NCBI GenBank assembly: GCA_025355565.1
Contig: JANXZK010000022.1
Location: forward strand, 3,490 to 67,489
Origin: a bacterium
Lineage (GTDB): Bacteria; Patescibacteriota; Minisyncoccia; Phycocordibacterales; PALSA-1337
Reading direction: 5' to 3'
DNA: 64,000 bases
Shown here: positions 19,213 through 27,132 of the stretch, one piece after another
How the letters are laid out: each line of letters opens with the position of its first letter
How positions within the stretch are numbered: the stretch's first letter is position 1
The notes under the pieces: generated by a model
The model's input: only the letters and a program-made list of their open reading frames with translations
Told to the model about the DNA's origin: nothing
Databases searched by the model: none
Translations under genes and position numbers: made by a program

Positions 19213-19638
19213 ATGTTATTCCCAAAAAAAGTTAAACATCGCAAGTGGTTCACTATGCGTACGCATCCAGACAAGGAGATGTCACATTGTGATACTCGTG
19301 GTGTAAAGCTGGCTTTCGGTTCATATGGTTTGAAAGCCATGAAGTATTCGCGTATCACTTCAAACCAGATCGAAGCCGCTCGTAAAGTCATGGCACGTTA
19401 CGCGACCAAGTCAGGCAAAGTCTGGATCCGCATCTTCCCTGATCATCCTTTTACACAGAAGCCAGCCGAAGTGAAAATGGGAAAAGGGAAGGGTGATCCG
19501 ATAGGTTTTATCGCTGAAGTCAAGCCTGGCCGCATCATGTTCGAGATCGACGGTGTCGAGCAGAAGGTCGCCGCTGAGGCGCTACGAAAAGCTGGTACGA
19601 AATTACCAGTAAAGACGAAGGTGGTTGGGCGCGTGTAA
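19213..19638 (+). CDS. rplP: 50S ribosomal protein L16
   Basis: MLFPKKVKHRKWF... matches the L16 N-terminus. The ATG at 19213 is chosen over the ORF-track start at 19114, which would run 48 nt into the S3 3' end and add 33 non-homologous residues. Confidence 0.9.
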   Translation: MLFPKKVKHRKWFTMRTHPDKEMSHCDTRGVKLAFGSYGLKAMKYSRITSNQIEAARKVMARYATKSGKVWIRIFPDHPFTQKPAEVKMGKGKGDPIGFIAEVKPGRIMFEIDGVEQKVAAEALRKAGTKLPVKTKVVGRV

Positions 19639-19684
19639 TCGACTAATGACTCCGTAGACTTTAAAGACTTTTGACTCAAAAAAC

Positions 19685-19876
19685 ATGAAATTCAAAGAAA
19701 TAAAAAATAAGCCTGTCGCTGACCTAAATAGACTCCTTACGGAGAAGAAAGAGGCTCTTCGTGTGTTCAGATTCGGTTCCGCCGGTGCCAAAACCAAGAA
19801 CGTCAAGGAAGGTCGCGGAGTGAGAAAGGACATCGCGAGGATCATGACAGAGCTAGCAAATGTACATCGAGTATAG
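19685..19876 (+). CDS. rpmC: 50S ribosomal protein L29
   Basis: 63 aa. KPVADLNRLLTEKKEALRVFRF matches L29. Confidence 0.85.
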   Translation: MKFKEIKNKPVADLNRLLTEKKEALRVFRFGSAGAKTKNVKEGRGVRKDIARIMTELANVHRV

Positions 19877-19912
19877 ACAAATAGCAGAAAGTAAAGTAGT
19901 ATCTAACACCAC

Positions 19913-20170
19913 ATGACGAAGTCACAGACAACTGAAACCAAGCCAAAACGCCAGATATTTTCAGGTGCTGTTGTTTCTGACAAGATGAAGGATACATGTG
20001 TCGTCGTTGTGGAGAGATTTGAGAAGCATAAAAAATATCACAAGTTCATGACCAAGAGGACGAGAATCCTCGCTCACGATCCGGGTAATACAAAGAAGAT
20101 CGGTGATAAGGCGACAGTCGAGGCTTGTCGACCGATATCAAAGAAGAAAGCATTTAGAGTCATCGCATAA
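19913..20170 (+). CDS. rpsQ: 30S ribosomal protein S17
   Basis: GAVVSDKMKDTCVVVVERFEKHKKYHKF...TKRTRILAHD matches S17. Confidence 0.9.
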   Translation: MTKSQTTETKPKRQIFSGAVVSDKMKDTCVVVVERFEKHKKYHKFMTKRTRILAHDPGNTKKIGDKATVEACRPISKKKAFRVIA

Positions 20171-20189
20171 CTTTTCATTTTAAACCATC

Positions 20190-20561
20190 ATGATCCAACC
20201 ACGTACGATAGTCAAAATAGCTGATAATTCCGGAGCAAAGATCGGACGCATCTTCAAGGTGCTCGGCGCGACCAGGAAGCGTTATGCGGAGTTGGGCGAA
20301 GTCGTCGTTCTATCTGTCCAAAAAGCAGAGCCTCGAAAAGCGATCAAGAAGAAAGATGTCTTGCATGCCGTTGTCGTCCGACAGGTCAAGCCTACACGTC
20401 GCAGAGATGGTTCATACATCCGTTTCGATGAGAATGCAGTCGTCATCATCGAGAAAGACAAGAAAGAGCCTATCGCGGGACGCGTCTTTGGTCCTATCCC
20501 TCGCGAGATAGTCGAGGCTGGTTATAAGACGATCGCTTCAAAAGCGGCTGAGATAGTATAA
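20190..20561 (+). CDS. rplN: 50S ribosomal protein L14
   Basis: MIQPRTIVKIADNSGAK...VIIEKDKKEPIAGRVFGPIPREI matches L14. Confidence 0.95.
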   Translation: MIQPRTIVKIADNSGAKIGRIFKVLGATRKRYAELGEVVVLSVQKAEPRKAIKKKDVLHAVVVRQVKPTRRRDGSYIRFDENAVVIIEKDKKEPIAGRVFGPIPREIVEAGYKTIASKAAEIV

Positions 20562-20566
20562 ATACC

Positions 20567-20785
20567 ATGAAAATAAAAAAAGGAGACACAATCAAGATGC
20601 TTTCAGGTGATGACAAAGGTAAGACGGGTAAAGTCGTCAAAGCTTTTCCGAGCATTAACAAGATCGTCGTCGAAGGCGTGAATACGGTAAAGAAGCATGA
20701 ACGAGCTCGCAAAGAGGGTCAGAAAGGTCAGACTGTGGAGATCGCGATGCCGTTCGATGCTAGCAAAGCAGTGAAGATTGCGTAA
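20567..20785 (+). CDS. rplX: 50S ribosomal protein L24 (short form)
   Basis: MKIKKGDTIKMLSGDDKGKTGKVVK... has the KOW motif of L24. Confidence 0.85.
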   Translation: MKIKKGDTIKMLSGDDKGKTGKVVKAFPSINKIVVEGVNTVKKHERARKEGQKGQTVEIAMPFDASKAVKIA

Positions 20786-20831
20786 ACAACATTTTCCATT
20801 TTGATTTTTCATTTTATATCGATAAACTACC

Positions 20832-21371
20832 ATGTCATACAGATCAGTATACGAATTGAATAAGGACTCATTCAAAGCTCTCAAGGTCTCTTTGAGTCTA
20901 GAGAATCCGATGCAAGCCCCTCGATTGGTCAAGGTGGTTATTTCCAGCGGTTTCGGTTCTATCAAAGACAAAAAGAAGATCGAGATCATGGCTGATAGAC
21001 TCGCGCGCATCACTGGTCAGAAACCTGCCATTCGCGCCACGAAGAAAGCTATCGCCACATTCAAAACTCGCGTTGGTGACCCTATCGGATATCAGATCAC
21101 TCTTCGCGGCAAGCGCATGTGTGAGTTTCTCGATCGACTGATCCACATCTCTCTCCCTCGCACAAAGGACTTTCGTGGTCTCGCGCGAACATCTGTCGAT
21201 GTGATGGGAAATTATACGATGGGTATAAAGGAACACACTATCTTTGCGGAGACATCAGATGAAGATTTGAAGGATGTTTTCGGTTTTGCTATCACTATCG
21301 TTACGACATCTAGTGACAAAAAGTCTACTCTGGCTTTTCTAGAATACCTCGGCTTGCCTCTAAAGAAATAA
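20832..21371 (+). CDS. rplE: 50S ribosomal protein L5
   Basis: PRLVKVVISSG...ITGQKPAIRATKKAIATFKTRVGDPIGYQITLRGKRM matches L5. Confidence 0.9.
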   Translation: MSYRSVYELNKDSFKALKVSLSLENPMQAPRLVKVVISSGFGSIKDKKKIEIMADRLARITGQKPAIRATKKAIATFKTRVGDPIGYQITLRGKRMCEFLDRLIHISLPRTKDFRGLARTSVDVMGNYTMGIKEHTIFAETSDEDLKDVFGFAITIVTTSSDKKSTLAFLEYLGLPLKK

Positions 21372-21410
21372 GAAGATTTTCAAAGATTTTCCTGCTAGAT
21401 TTTCTAGCTA

Positions 21411-21439
21411 TTGACTTTGTAGTGGGCTTGTGATATACT
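21411..21439 (+). promoter_or_regulatory. sigma70-like promoter (TTGACT, 17-nt spacer, TATACT)
   Basis: TTGACT at 21411-21416, TATACT at 21434-21439, exact 17-nt spacer, immediately downstream of rplE. Confidence 0.5.
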
Positions 21440-21495
21440 GGTATATAGTTCCTCATCCGATGTCTCGTAGAAAACCTTAAGAAGAAAGGAATAGC

Positions 21496-21693
21496 ATGAA
21501 TCGTCGGAGAAATCGGTTTGACAGGGCAATGGATGACTCGTCGACATCAAGGGTGATGTTCGGCGCTATGTCAGTGATTCTAGCCATCGGGGCGTTGAGG
21601 ACATTACTCTACGCTGGTGGCATGGCACTGACACACCATTGGTACGACGCACCATTTCGGTGGTGCGTAAAGATACTGATGACGAGCCAATAA
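21496..21693 (+). CDS. small single-transmembrane protein, hypothetical (alternatively a small RNA)
   Basis: 65-aa ORF with an AGGA RBS 6 nt upstream and one predicted transmembrane helix (VMFGAMSVILAIGALRTLLYAGGMAL). It is bracketed by the promoter at 21411 and the terminator at 21714-21740. Local GC is higher than the flanks. Confidence 0.3.
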   Translation: MNRRRNRFDRAMDDSSTSRVMFGAMSVILAIGALRTLLYAGGMALTHHWYDAPFRWCVKILMTSQ

Positions 21694-21713
21694 GTCCGTC
21701 GCAATGTCGAGAG

Positions 21714-21740
21714 GGCCCGCTTAACACACGGGCCTTTTTT
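21714..21740 (+). terminator. rho-independent terminator
   Basis: GGCCCG / CGGGCC is a 6-bp GC stem with a 9-nt loop, followed by TTTTTT. Confidence 0.6.
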
Positions 21741-21835
21741 ATGATTGAAATATATCTACTTCGTTTCCACAAGTCCTCATTTGGCGCTATAATCACTAAG
21801 CGTTATAGTGAGTGTCGTATTGTTTTTGCGATATT

Positions 21836-21917
21836 GGGCACGTGGCGTAATTGGTAGCCGCGCACGCTTCAGGAGCGTGTGGAGTAATCCATGGAGGTTC
21901 GAATCCTCTCGTGCCCA
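21836..21917 (+). tRNA. tRNA-Leu (anticodon CAG), type II with long variable arm
   Basis: Acceptor stem GGGCACG/CGTGCCC, anticodon stem-loop CACGC-TTCAGGA-GCGTG, long variable arm, T-loop GGTTCGAATCC. CCA is not encoded. Confidence 0.8.
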
Positions 21918-22088
21918 CAATGAGATCATCTTCTTTATTTGACCAACCTCATTCTTCTTTTGCATTTCAAGCTCGATTTTGCTAATGTATAAGCACTGAT
22001 TTGAGGTATCAGCTCTGATCCAACTCCAAAGTTAGTTACCTCCGATCGGTCGTTGAAATAGGATCGTGATAATAATGAGAGTTAGAAT

Positions 22089-22164
22089 GCGCGCGTAGCT
22101 CAGTTGGTAGAGCACGCCACTGATACTGGCGGGGTCCCAGGTTCGAATCCTGGCGCGCGCACCA
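22089..22164 (+). tRNA. tRNA-Ile (anticodon GAT)
   Basis: GCGCGCG acceptor stem, D-arm TAGCTCAGTTGGTAGAGC, anticodon loop CTGATAC, T-loop GGTTCGAATCC, encoded CCA. Confidence 0.85.
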
Positions 22165-22260
22165 ATGATTTTTATGAATATAGAAACAACATTTATATTT
22201 TTTTAACGATAATGTTAAATTAATGTTGATATTTTTTCTCAGATTTGAGAAAATAAGCTA

Positions 22261-22506
22261 ATGAAAAAGAATTTTAATAAATGGAATGGCAAAAAGATCA
22301 TTGATGAAGTGTGTTGGGCTATTCCACTCTCAAAAACCAAAAAACGAGGAAAATATTATTTTGCGTTTCCATTTGATGAGAGCACGACAAGTGTAGCTAT
22401 ATTGTCACAAATCAAACCAATAGATGCCCACCGCTTGAGTAGGAAAATCGGCGATATGAGTGAGGAAAACTTCAAGACTGTAATAGAAAAACTCAAACAA
22501 AATTAG
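22261..22506 (+). CDS. MazF/PemK-like toxin domain protein (short, solitary)
   Basis: The C-terminal segment VAILSQIKPIDAHRLSRKIGDMSEENFKTVIEKLK follows the PemK/MazF C-terminal pattern (Q-x-R/K-x-ID-x-x-R-L...IG...V...L). It lies in a very AT-rich islet just after the tRNA-Ile. No partner ORF of 60 aa or more is upstream. Confidence 0.35.
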   Translation: MKKNFNKWNGKKIIDEVCWAIPLSKTKKRGKYYFAFPFDESTTSVAILSQIKPIDAHRLSRKIGDMSEENFKTVIEKLKQN

Positions 22507-22570
22507 TATTGTATCTCGAACATATTATAAGTTAATTCCGTCCTAATATCGCCCAAACGGCGAGCACAAA

Positions 22571-23143
22571 ATGTCCTTTACCTTCATAAAAGAAGCATTA
22601 AAGAGATTCAAGACTCAAGGAGCTCTGTTTCCTAGCAGTAGATCATTGAGTAAATGGATGCTAAAGCCAGTCAGACTCGTTCCTGGTGATGTCGTGGTCG
22701 AGCTAGGCGCGGGGACGGGAGTATTTACGAAAGAGATCATCGCCAATATGTGCGTTGATTCGAAACTGGTAGTCTTTGAAAACAATACAGCCTTGGCGAG
22801 ACTCCTACGTGACGATCTGCGTAAAAGCGTGGATGAGGGCAATGTCATCTTGATCGAGGATGACGCGGTGAATTTTCCGGCAATTTTGGAGAAGATGGGC
22901 ATCCCAAAGGCAAATTATGTCATATCAGGTTTACCGCTTGGAAGTTTCGACAGAGCTTTTCGTCAACAGATATTTAATGCTATAAAATCAGGGATGAAAG
23001 ACGACGGTGTCTATGTGCAATTCCAATACGTTCTGGCCAGCTGGCCTCATGTTCGCAGAGAATTCGATGCCAAAATTATAGGTTTTGAAATGAGAAATTT
23101 GCCTCCGGCGTTTATTTATAAATGTACGAAGAAAATGGGTTGA
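22571..23143 (+). CDS. class I SAM-dependent methyltransferase (COG3963 / rRNA-adenine-N6-methyltransferase-like fold)
   Basis: The SAM-binding motif VVELGAGTGVFTKEI is preceded by FPSSRSL..., the arrangement seen in Erm/KsgA/PmtA-like methyltransferases. Confidence 0.6.
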   Translation: MSFTFIKEALKRFKTQGALFPSSRSLSKWMLKPVRLVPGDVVVELGAGTGVFTKEIIANMCVDSKLVVFENNTALARLLRDDLRKSVDEGNVILIEDDAVNFPAILEKMGIPKANYVISGLPLGSFDRAFRQQIFNAIKSGMKDDGVYVQFQYVLASWPHVRREFDAKIIGFEMRNLPPAFIYKCTKKMG

Positions 23144-23222
23144 ATAGTGAATAATTATGTAACCCCCGAGTTCAATAATTCATTGATTTTGAAATGAGGG
23201 CATTTTGTAGTAAAATATTCGC

Positions 23223-24197
23223 ATGAATACAAATACTCACACGAGTCCCAAGGATTTTTTTCTTCATTTGGGTGCGACGATAGCATTGTATGCATCGGTC
23301 ATCGCACTTATCAATCTGGCTTTTGAAGTGGTAAATAGGGTGCTACCGGATGCGTTGCAATACTATTTTAACGTTAGTTCTATCGCGTGGCCTATCTCGA
23401 TGCTGATCGTCCTTGTCCCGATATTGTTCGTATTGGAGAGATCGATAGGTCGCGACATCATGAAACTACCTGAAAAGAAGGATCTGTGGATCAGGAGATG
23501 GCGAATATATCTGACTCTATTCTCGACGGGAGTGACGATCGCTGTAGATGTGATCATCCTAATAAATACATATCTGAATGGTGAGATCAGCACTCGATTC
23601 ATTTCTAAAGTCTTGGTCGTTCTCATAATATCTGCTATAGTATTCGCATACTATATCCTCGCGAAGGATCGATCTACTAGAAATATAGCCAAAGATCTAT
23701 TGGCTATAGTCGGCATCATCCTAGTCTTGACTGGGATAGTGGCAGGATTTATCATAGTCGGTTCACCAAGCAAGCAGAGAGCGATCAGATTTGATGAACA
23801 GAGAATGATTGACTTGAACAGTCTCGGATGGCAGATCACCAGCTATTGGCAGAAGACGGGTACACTGCCGGCATCACTCCAGGCTTTGAATGATCCGATC
23901 TCTGGCTACATAGTGCCGATGGATCCAGAAACGTCCAAACCATACGAATACTCGGTGAATAAAACGTCTTCAAAGAGCCCGTGGACATTTGACCTTTGCG
24001 CGACATTCAAGCTCTCATCATATGGCGACGGTGCCACATTTGCTGGTGGTAGCCTGGACTCCCAGCCATTAAAACCGACCAGTCGTCCTATAGGTGGTGG
24101 AAATCTGGGAGAGACATGGGCACACACAGCTGGGTACAATTGCTTTGAGAGGTTGATAGATCCGAAATTGTACCCACCTGGGAACAGTAAACAGTAA
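23223..24197 (+). CDS. polytopic membrane protein with a C-terminal GspG-like (pseudopilin) motif
   Basis: Four or five predicted transmembrane helices in the N-terminal 180 aa. The C-terminal segment WQKTGTLPASLQALNDPISGYIVPMDPETSKPYEYS matches the T2SS GspG / type IV pilin-like consensus (G-x-LP-x-x-L-x-x-L ... DP-x-x-x-x-Y-x-Y). Confidence 0.45.
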   Translation: MNTNTHTSPKDFFLHLGATIALYASVIALINLAFEVVNRVLPDALQYYFNVSSIAWPISMLIVLVPILFVLERSIGRDIMKLPEKKDLWIRRWRIYLTLFSTGVTIAVDVIILINTYLNGEISTRFISKVLVVLIISAIVFAYYILAKDRSTRNIAKDLLAIVGIILVLTGIVAGFIIVGSPSKQRAIRFDEQRMIDLNSLGWQITSYWQKTGTLPASLQALNDPISGYIVPMDPETSKPYEYSVNKTSSKSPWTFDLCATFKLSSYGDGATFAGGSLDSQPLKPTSRPIGGGNLGETWAHTAGYNCFERLIDPKLYPPGNSKQ

Positions 24198-24288
24198 ACA
24201 GAGAACAGCAAAAACCGCTAATCTCTCCGTTCACTGTTCATTGATTACTGTTTACTGATTATAAATACCCTAACTTATACTTAAATCT

Positions 24289-25704
24289 ATGAATCTAGGA
24301 AAGAAAACAAAGATCGTCTGCACTATCGGTCCCGTGACAAGATCGCCAGAGATGTTAAAGAAGCTCATGAATGCTGGTATGAATGTGATGCGTTTGAACT
24401 TTTCGCACGGAGATTTTGCTGATCATCAGGACAAGCTCGATTCTATGCGCAAGATCATGGCTGACACAGGTAAGATCGTCGCCATCCTTCAGGATCTTTC
24501 TGGTCCAAAGATTCGCATCGGCAAATTCAAGGACGGTAAGATCTTACTGAAGAAAGATCAAACATTTATCTTGACCACGGATGATTGCGTCGGCGATGAG
24601 AATAGGGTTTTCGTCAATTATGCGAGTCTTCCGAAGGAGGTGAAGATCGGTGGCACGATCATGCTCCAAGATGGTACGAAGAGATTGGAGATCATAGAAG
24701 TCAAAGGCAATGATATCGTGACGACTGTGAAAGTTGGCGGTACCCTAGGAGATCATCGAGGCGTGAATGTTCCAGGGGCCAGTTTATCGATAAGCTCGCT
24801 TACGGAAAAAGACCGTGCTGATCTCGAGTTTGGGATCAGAAACAAGGTTGATTATGTGGCGCTCTCATTCGTTCGTCGCGCGGAGGATATAATAGAATTA
24901 CGCTCGATTCTGGAAAAGGCTGGATCAAATGCTCACATCATCGCCAAGATAGAGACGCCTGAAGCTTTGAACAATATAGACGCTATCTTGGATGTATCTG
25001 ATGGTATCATGATTGCCCGCGGTGACCTGGCGATCGAGATTCCGGCGGAGGAAGTTCCATTGGTTCAGAAAATGATCATTCATAAATGTAATTCTGTCGG
25101 AAAGCCGGTTATTACCGCGACTCAAATGTTGGAGTCTATGCTCGAAAGTCCTGTTCCTACTCGCGCTGAAGTGTCGGACATCGCGAACGCCATCATAGAC
25201 GGTACTGACGCCATCATGCTTTCAGAAGAAACGACTCTCGGAAAATTTCCAGTTGAAGCAGTAGAGATCATGACCCGCGTGGCTACTCGCGTCGAGAAAG
25301 AAGTTTACACTCGAGATACGATCGCCGAGTATAACGAATCTCACGGAGTGACTGATGTCGTATCACAATCAGCTGTTCGCATGGCACATGCGTTGAATGC
25401 CAAGCTCATCGTCGCCCTCACGCGATCTGGACGCACTGCGCGTATGATCGCCCGCTATAGGCCAGCGGAATCGATCCTAGCTCTCTCCGATGCTGATCAA
25501 AATACAAACAAGATGGTCCTTACCTTCGGATGTTTTCCTATGGTTTCACCGACGTTCAAGTCCGCGGATGAGATCATGGACATCGTGCGCCAGGTGACAT
25601 TGGACAAGAAATTGGTCAAGAAAGGGGATAAGGTCATCATCGTTGCGGGAATTCCGCTCGGACATTCGAGTGAGACGAATGTTGTCTTGGTGGAGACGCT
25701 GTGA
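24289..25704 (+). CDS. pyk: pyruvate kinase
   Basis: TKIVCTIGP, MNVMRLNFSHG, KIETPEAL and MIARGDL are pyruvate kinase signatures, with a C-terminal regulatory domain. Confidence 0.9.
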   Translation: MNLGKKTKIVCTIGPVTRSPEMLKKLMNAGMNVMRLNFSHGDFADHQDKLDSMRKIMADTGKIVAILQDLSGPKIRIGKFKDGKILLKKDQTFILTTDDCVGDENRVFVNYASLPKEVKIGGTIMLQDGTKRLEIIEVKGNDIVTTVKVGGTLGDHRGVNVPGASLSISSLTEKDRADLEFGIRNKVDYVALSFVRRAEDIIELRSILEKAGSNAHIIAKIETPEALNNIDAILDVSDGIMIARGDLAIEIPAEEVPLVQKMIIHKCNSVGKPVITATQMLESMLESPVPTRAEVSDIANAIIDGTDAIMLSEETTLGKFPVEAVEIMTRVATRVEKEVYTRDTIAEYNESHGVTDVVSQSAVRMAHALNAKLIVALTRSGRTARMIARYRPAESILALSDADQNTNKMVLTFGCFPMVSPTFKSADEIMDIVRQVTLDKKLVKKGDKVIIVAGIPLGHSSETNVVLVETL

Positions 25705-25787
25705 GGATGATGGATATCTGATGTGCGATGATCGAGTCATGTTGAAAATCTGCTCGCAAAATTCTGAGATTCATATATACTTATGGT

Positions 25788-26519
25788 ATGCAAAGATCTG
25801 CATACAAAATAGTGGACAATTCGATGTTCCTTGATCGGTCCTTTGATCGTGATTACATACTCACGATACATGATCTCGCGAGTGAGGAAAAGCCTCGTCA
25901 GAGACTCATGTCAGTTGGACCACAGTCGCTCACCATGCGTGAGCTCGTGGCTGTGGTGCTAAACACTGGTTCGACCAAGGAAGACGTTATCGAGATGTCC
26001 AATCGGATCATGAAGGAATATGGGGAAAAGACCATATTGGCCGAAACAAATCCGACGCGCTTATCGAGCGATCTAGATATCCCTATCGGCAAAGCCTGCG
26101 TCATTGTTGCGGTGGGAGAAATAGCGCGAAGGTATGGTGATAAAAACCAATCGGGTTTTGTGACTATACGTAATGCTCGAGACGTATTCGATCATTTGCA
26201 AGATATGAGGAATCTACCAAAAGAACATCTACGAGGATTGTTCCTGAACAGTCACAGCAAGATCATACGGGATGAGGTGATATCTATAGGTACAGTCAAT
26301 TCCAACATTATCCATCCACGAGAAGTATTCCGCGCTGGTATCGAGTGTAATGCGGCGGCAATAGTATTGGCGCACAACCATCCATCAGGCGAGATCACTC
26401 CTAGTGACGAAGATGTCGAGATAACCAAACAACTAGTCCAGGCGGGGAAGATCTTGGGTATCTCAGTCCTCGATCATGTCATCATCACAAAAGATAGGTT
26501 TGTAAGCATTATTCAATAG
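25788..26519 (+). CDS. radC: RadC-family JAB/MPN domain protein
   Basis: JAMM motif HNHPSGEITPSDED and an N-terminal HhH-like region. Typical RadC/UPF0758 length. Confidence 0.8.
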   Translation: MQRSAYKIVDNSMFLDRSFDRDYILTIHDLASEEKPRQRLMSVGPQSLTMRELVAVVLNTGSTKEDVIEMSNRIMKEYGEKTILAETNPTRLSSDLDIPIGKACVIVAVGEIARRYGDKNQSGFVTIRNARDVFDHLQDMRNLPKEHLRGLFLNSHSKIIRDEVISIGTVNSNIIHPREVFRAGIECNAAAIVLAHNHPSGEITPSDEDVEITKQLVQAGKILGISVLDHVIITKDRFVSIIQ

Positions 26520-26550
26520 TCCATAGAGTCGCAAAGTTCGTATAGTTCAT

Positions 26551-26570
26551 AAAGTCGATTTGTCGACTTT
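26551..26570 (+). terminator. stem-loop terminator after radC
   Basis: AAAGTCGA TTTG TCGACTTT is a perfect 8-bp stem flanked by A- and T-runs. Confidence 0.4.
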
Positions 26571-26606
26571 ATAAAATCTGAACTTTCAGACTTTTGACTA
26601 AAATCT

Positions 26607-27014
26607 ATGCGAGATTATCAAATAGCCTCACCTTCGCTCGAAGGTGTATTGAATCACGATTCATTGTTGTACGATGGGATAAAGAGACCGATGGAGATAT
26701 TGCGGATATTGGACGGTCCATCGTCAAAGGGTAGGGAATCAGCGGCGAGGAGTAAGAAACGAGAAGTGCTCGGTAAAGATGATGGTGAGATTCGGGTTGT
26801 CGGACCTGGTAGGCGCAAAATTGGAAAAAATGCATTACTTAGCGAGACAGATTTCAAGGTATTACAAGAATATTTCTACGATCTCTATGGCGTATTTATG
26901 AAGAGGCTGTCGCATTTCTTGGTCGAGGCGGACGTATCCAGCGACGACAGTATAAAGCTCCAAGCAATGTTGCAAGAAATGATCAGAGTTAGGAATTGGA
27001 TCATGGGGAAGTAA
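26607..27014 (+). CDS. hypothetical protein
   Basis: 135-aa ORF with no recognisable motif. Coding-like composition. Confidence 0.3.
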   Translation: MRDYQIASPSLEGVLNHDSLLYDGIKRPMEILRILDGPSSKGRESAARSKKREVLGKDDGEIRVVGPGRRKIGKNALLSETDFKVLQEYFYDLYGVFMKRLSHFLVEADVSSDDSIKLQAMLQEMIRVRNWIMGK

Positions 27015-27132
27015 GTGCTGATATGTCGGAAAACTGATAGAGTCGTGGAGATCGCTTGAATGTTGTTTGAAGGCTACTTGTCTTGAAGGCTACTTTGCAG
27101 ATGCGTCATTTTCCATGTAAACTGTAGGTATC

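Noticed and set aside
21440-21740. Possibility that the promoter/terminator-bounded unit is tmRNA, RNase P RNA or SRP RNA
   Set aside because: No tRNA-like 3' end or T-loop (tmRNA), no conserved P4 GGAAAGUCCGG-type motif (RNase P), and no GGAAGCAGCCA domain-IV motif (SRP) were found. An unknown small RNA cannot be excluded.
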